Below are positions 60,314 through 64,000 of a stretch of DNA of 64,000 nt, in pieces. The DNA is from Anaerovoracaceae bacterium. Lineage in GTDB: Bacteria > Bacillota > Clostridia > Peptostreptococcales > Anaerovoracaceae. The stretch covers positions 1,385-65,384 of the forward strand of contig JBGUKU010000099.1 of the NCBI GenBank assembly GCA_045114615.1. The letters are read 5' to 3'. Each line of letters begins with the position of its first letter. Positions within the stretch are counted from its first letter, which is position 1. The notes below the pieces were generated by a model, which was not told the origin of the DNA, did not search any database, and was given only the letters and a program-made list of their open reading frames with translations. Made by a program: the position numbers and the translations under genes.

Positions 60314-60859
60314 TTAAAGGGCTGCAGCAACGGCCTTTTTAACCTCTTCCATGTCAACAGTAGGCTCGAATCTGGCGATTACATTGCCCTCTCTGTCGAC
60401 CAGGAATTTTGTGAAATTCCACTTGATGTAGGCTTTATCGCCGAACTTTTTGTTGTTTGCATTTGCAAACTTTGTCAGAGCTGCCATCTTAAGACCCTTT
60501 CCGAATCCTTCGAAAGGCTTTTCTGTTGCCAGATATGCAAACAGCGGATCTGCCGTTTCACCGTTTACATCGATCTTAGCGAACTGCGGAAATTCAGTTC
60601 CGAACTTCAGAGTGCAGAATTCATGGATCTCATCATCTGAACCCGGAGCCTGATCTGCAAACTGATTGCATGGGAAGTCCAGGATCTCAAAGCCCTGATC
60701 CTTCATCTCCTTATACATCGCCTCAAGAGGGTCATAATGCGGAGTGAAACCGCATCCGGTTGCTGTGTTAACGATCAGAAGAACCTTGCCCTTATAGTCT
60801 GCAAGACTTACTACATTACCGAATCTGTCTTTTACATCAAAATCATAAACGTTGCTCAT
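60314..60859 (-). CDS. gpx: Glutathione peroxidase family (thiol peroxidase)
   Basis: 181 aa. LLIVNTATGCGFT (peroxidatic Cys), FPCNQF and WNFTKFLVDREG motifs. Confidence 0.9.
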   Translation of the reverse strand: MSNVYDFDVKDRFGNVVSLADYKGKVLLIVNTATGCGFTPHYDPLEAMYKEMKDQGFEILDFPCNQFADQAPGSDDEIHEFCTLKFGTEFPQFAKIDVNGETADPLFAYLATEKPFEGFGKGLKMAALTKFANANNKKFGDKAYIKWNFTKFLVDREGNVIARFEPTVDMEEVKKAVAAAL

Positions 60860-61305
60860 TTTGTTCTCCTTTCCTTACCCAGAAGTTCATATAACAGTTC
60901 ATAAAGTTTTACAGCTTTCTCCGGTGACAGGTCGATGCACTCTCCTACCTTTTCTGGAATGTCCTTTGCTTTATCCTGCATCTCTCTGCCCTGATCTGTC
61001 AGTGTGATCACAACGACCCTGTCGTCTTCCGCGCTGCGTGATCTGGTGATATACCCTGCACTTTCCATTTTCTTCAGAAGCGGCGATACAGTCCCGTTAT
61101 CGAGCATCAGCCTTTCGCATATCTCACCGACAGTTATGCCATCCTTTTCCCACAATACCAGAAATGTGATGTACTGCGTATATGTAAGTCCCAGTTCTTT
61201 AAGCCATGGCGTATACAGGCCTGTCACACTTCTCGCTGCTGCATAAAGAGGAAAGCATATCTGATTTTCCAGTTTCATTAATTCTTTATAATCTGTTTTA
61301 TTCAT
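60856..61305 (-). CDS. ohrR: MarR-family organic-hydroperoxide-sensing repressor OhrR-like
   Basis: 149 aa. MKLENQICFPLYAAAR (sensing Cys), TYTQYITFLVLWE and LDNGTVSPLLKKMESAGYITRSRSAEDDR closely parallel B. subtilis OhrR as I remember it. 4-nt overlap with gpx. Confidence 0.8.
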   Translation of the reverse strand: MNKTDYKELMKLENQICFPLYAAARSVTGLYTPWLKELGLTYTQYITFLVLWEKDGITVGEICERLMLDNGTVSPLLKKMESAGYITRSRSAEDDRVVVITLTDQGREMQDKAKDIPEKVGECIDLSPEKAVKLYELLYELLGKERRTK

Positions 61306-61472
61306 AAATATTTACCTTTAAGCATTTATATTTGATACAACTATATTTTACACAATATATTCCCTATGTCAAGTGCTTTTTTGATATTAAAAATGACAGA
61401 AGATCTGCAGTATATCCTCTGTCATCTATTGTCACTGATTAAATACCGGAAACCGGTCGTATCTGTTCGGAT

Positions 61473-62417
61473 TTACTCAGTACGGTACTTTTTTTCAAGC
61501 TTGATGGCAAGGCCGGTATCGTCGGTGAAATACGAATCCACACCGAGGTCGATAGCACTTCTGATCTCTTCTTCGGAGTTCAGAGTCCATGCACTGAATT
61601 TCTTTTTATGATCACGTGCAGCCTTGAGATTGTCTGCTGTCATGTTTTTCTTCGGAACACTTATGATGTCTACATAATCATTTCCCAATGCAAGGTCGAA
61701 TGTTGCCTGATCCGCACAGACATACAGCTTTGGCATGTCAGGGAACGATTCATCAAGCGGCCTCAGAACATCAAAGAAAGATGAAGCTGCTATAACATTA
61801 TCCTCCATACCGCTTGTCCTTACAGCTATCGTAAAGGCATCGATGTTGCGTGATCCTGTGTATTTGATATCTACTATATATGTGACTGAGTCTCCGTATT
61901 TTTCAAAAAGATCCTTCAGTTTTATCACGTTGCTTCCGGATCTGGTTTTCAGTTTATCGATCTGGCCATCGGTCATACCGGAAAAGTATCCGCCTGTACC
62001 TGTCATATCCATAGCATAATCATCATGAGCCACATAAACTGTTCCGTTTCCGGATACTACAACGTCAGCTTCAATAAATTTTGAGCCTGCTTCAATGGCC
62101 CTGTCATAGGCAGCAAAAGTAAGCTCATCGTCTCCCGCTGATCCTCTGTGTGAATATACATGCGAAGCAGCTTCAGTGTCTGCGGTCTGTTCAGCAGCTG
62201 CCGGTTCATCCGGTTTATCTGCTCCTTCATCAGCAGCCTGTTCAGCAGCAGGAGCCTCATTAGCAGGCTTATCAGCTTTTTTATTATCTGACTTGCCGTA
62301 ATGCGACAGGATAAAAACTGCTGATGCTATACAAAGCAGGAGCAAGACTATGATTATAATTAGCTTTCTGTTCCTGCCGCTTATTCTTATGTCTCTGTTA
62401 TTATCCGTCTCGTTCAT
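61473..62417 (-). CDS. Membrane-anchored glycerophosphodiester phosphodiesterase (GDPD family)
   Basis: 314 aa. N-terminal TM segment, Ala/Glu/Pro linker, then GDPD motifs HRGSAG, FIEADV and AHDD. Confidence 0.8.
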   Translation of the reverse strand: MNETDNNRDIRISGRNRKLIIIIVLLLLCIASAVFILSHYGKSDNKKADKPANEAPAAEQAADEGADKPDEPAAAEQTADTEAASHVYSHRGSAGDDELTFAAYDRAIEAGSKFIEADVVVSGNGTVYVAHDDYAMDMTGTGGYFSGMTDGQIDKLKTRSGSNVIKLKDLFEKYGDSVTYIVDIKYTGSRNIDAFTIAVRTSGMEDNVIAASSFFDVLRPLDESFPDMPKLYVCADQATFDLALGNDYVDIISVPKKNMTADNLKAARDHKKKFSAWTLNSEEEIRSAIDLGVDSYFTDDTGLAIKLEKKYRTE

Positions 62418-62599
62418 TATCGTTTACCTGATTGTCCTGTTTTAACTGTATATGGTTAAGTATATGGTAAAAAAAGTCTGTTTCAAGGTAGCTTTACTCT
62501 TTTAAAGGACTGAAAGCAAAAAATATTTTTGCAAATTTTGAAATATACACTCAATTGCTGCAAAAAGCCCCCCTGCTGAGCATAAGCCGGTTTGCAGCT

Positions 62600-63697
62600 T
62601 CAGTTCTTTTCAGCGAGTGCTCTGAGCTGACGATATATGTCGTCTTCCTTCGGCGGACATCCTCTTACGCAATAATCAAAACCCGCAGTACAGCTGCCTA
62701 TACCAAGAAGTCCTTTTTCCCCCCGATGGCCCTGTCCTATGGCAATGCTTCCCGGCAGTTTTTCAAGAAGCCCTTCATTTTTGAGCCTTTCAAGCACCGG
62801 GATCAGGACTCCGTAGCATGCGCTGCATGAATCCACCTCATCAACAGCATAGCTTACATCCAGAATGCTGTGTGCAGGCAGATCCTCATAAGGTTCGCCC
62901 TCACATGTTACAAGTCTCAGGCGGGAAAGATCACTGCTCCCGATGCCGAGTTTCTCTGCTAAACCGATATATTCCACATCCTCAGTCTCATACCCGAGAA
63001 GTGAGCACACATAAGAATCCACCAGGACCGGGTCAACAGCTGTCATAATGCAGTTGCGTGTAACAGGGCTGCCGCCTTCCTCAAAGCTGAGATCTCCGCA
63101 GATATGATCTATAACGATAAAATCCTGCCTTATGCCCGCATTGAGATGTGCAATAGGCTTATGGAGCCCCATTGTATGGAATCTCCTCTTTTCCGTATTG
63201 GGAATCAGCCCTTTGAGATTCTTGAGCGCACAGGTGATATGTGTCTGACAGTGTCCTTTCAGAACAGGAACATTTATCAGAAAATCCCAGCTCCTGACTT
63301 TTTTGCAGATGGAAAGCGTTTCCCCTGCGCAGTCTGTGTCGACTCCCTTATCTTTCTGCATGTCAATAAGGGATACGCCATATTCCCGGGCAACTGAGTT
63401 GTATCCACAGTACTCGAAAGCTTCAGCAGTCTTGTCACCGACCCATGAACCTTCGGCGATAACTATATTCCCGTATCCCCTTTCCTGAAGAAACTCGACA
63501 ATACCTGCAACTATCTCCGGATGAGTTGTTCCGCCGAAAGAAGCAGGCGCCGGTGTCACAAGATTGGGTTTGATCGCGATACATGGATCATCAGAAACTT
63601 CCGGAAGCAGATCTGCAAGTCCTGACTGCAAGAGCAGTCTTTTGGTCATTTCCTTATAGTCAGTTCCATATGAACGCCATATTTCGTTTCTTTGCAC
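62600..63697 (-). CDS. DUF362-family protein (uncharacterised, Cys-rich C-terminus)
   Basis: 365 aa. IAIKPNLV..., GGTTHPEIV, LKGH and HxxCGD-like motifs are typical of DUF362. GTG start after GAAGGGGAG, overlapping the upstream stop (TAGTG). Confidence 0.65.
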   Translation of the reverse strand: MQRNEIWRSYGTDYKEMTKRLLLQSGLADLLPEVSDDPCIAIKPNLVTPAPASFGGTTHPEIVAGIVEFLQERGYGNIVIAEGSWVGDKTAEAFEYCGYNSVAREYGVSLIDMQKDKGVDTDCAGETLSICKKVRSWDFLINVPVLKGHCQTHITCALKNLKGLIPNTEKRRFHTMGLHKPIAHLNAGIRQDFIVIDHICGDLSFEEGGSPVTRNCIMTAVDPVLVDSYVCSLLGYETEDVEYIGLAEKLGIGSSDLSRLRLVTCEGEPYEDLPAHSILDVSYAVDEVDSCSACYGVLIPVLERLKNEGLLEKLPGSIAIGQGHRGEKGLLGIGSCTAGFDYCVRGCPPKEDDIYRQLRALAEKN

Positions 63698-64000
63698 TAT
63701 AGATTCTCCCCTTCAGCTTTTTCCTCAGTTTCATCATTATTTTCTTCAACTTCTTCAGTAGCTTTTTCATCTTCAGGTACCGGAACCAGATCATCTATAG
63801 TAAGTGACGTTCCGTCACCTGTGTATTCCGTTATAAAGACGCGGCAGTCAGTAACATCATCAAAGACGCATATATGCAGTCCTGTTCCCTCTTTTACTGT
63901 GAGCACCGTTGCGACATCATTGGGATTATCGCTGAGCGACGCTTCAGACGTGTCATCGCTTCGCAGAGGGAATCCTGCCTGTTCGTAAATCACGAGCTTA
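63697..64000 (-). CDS. Hypothetical protein, C-terminal part only (5' end outside the window)
   Basis: The open frame continues to the window edge. The acidic tail is ...EDEKATEEVEENNDETEEKAEGENL. It is translationally coupled to the DUF362 gene. I recognised no family. Confidence 0.4.
   Translation of the reverse strand, partial: KLVIYEQAGFPLRSDDTSEASLSDNPNDVATVLTVKEGTGLHICVFDDVTDCRVFITEYTGDGTSLTIDDLVPVPEDEKATEEVEENNDETEEKAEGENL

Noticed and set aside
1-64000. Mobile elements, prophage genes, tRNA/rRNA genes, riboswitches (including c-di-GMP riboswitches ahead of the filament genes)
   Set aside because: I saw no transposase, integrase or recombinase-like ORF and no long inverted or direct terminal repeats. 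No intergenic region is long enough or structured enough (the largest are 146-192 nt) for me to recognise such elements. A covariance-model scan (Infernal/Rfam, tRNAscan) would be needed to exclude small RNAs formally.

Overview
This is a 64-kb chromosomal segment from a Gram-positive anaerobe. A Clostridia/Lachnospiraceae-like origin is my inference from gene content and GGAGG-type ribosome-binding sites. I call about 50 genes, 47 of them on the minus strand. I recognised no rRNA, tRNA, CRISPR array, transposase or integrase. From left to right the window contains five blocks. (1) A LacI-controlled cellobiose/cellodextrin locus: an ABC importer, a LacI repressor with three 14-bp CGAAAACG-type operators, a GH94 cellobiose phosphorylase and an intracellular GH5. 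(2) A MATE transporter fused to an RsbW/SpoIIAB-like kinase domain, an FGGY sugar kinase, a beta-propeller/PP2C (SpoIIE/RsbU-type) phosphatase, and MATE and GPH transporters. (3) An 11-gene cluster built around a Na+-translocating biotin-dependent decarboxylase with two different carboxyltransferases, gamma, BCCP and beta subunits. It also encodes an AspC-like aminotransferase, two Asp/Glu-racemase paralogues, a DAACS symporter, BioY and a TauE-like exporter. I predict a D/L-aspartate -> oxaloacetate -> pyruvate energy-conserving route. (4) An 18-gene, 26.5-kb co-directional array. It starts with a transglutaminase lipoprotein and atypical type-IV-filament genes (GspF/PilC, four pilin-like proteins, PilT). 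Next come phosphorelay and c-di-GMP regulators: a SARP/GGDEF-like protein, an Hpt protein, two hybrid kinases (one fused to an APC permease) and a REC-GGDEF-EAL-TM-GGDEF protein. Its 3' end is the most unusual part of the window: two RyR-domain membrane proteins (one a TVGYGD K+ channel) and two membrane-anchored TIR proteins, bracketed by two paralogous ~880-aa secreted proteins. One TIR protein is TIR-TM-TPR, a Toll-like-receptor-like topology. I flag this six-gene module as a candidate undescribed transmembrane TIR signalling or defence system. (5) Glycogen synthase plus a GH13 enzyme, a decayed HTH/superoxide-reductase fusion gene, ohrR-gpx, a GDPD enzyme and a DUF362 protein. All family assignments come from motif recognition by eye. 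No database search was run.
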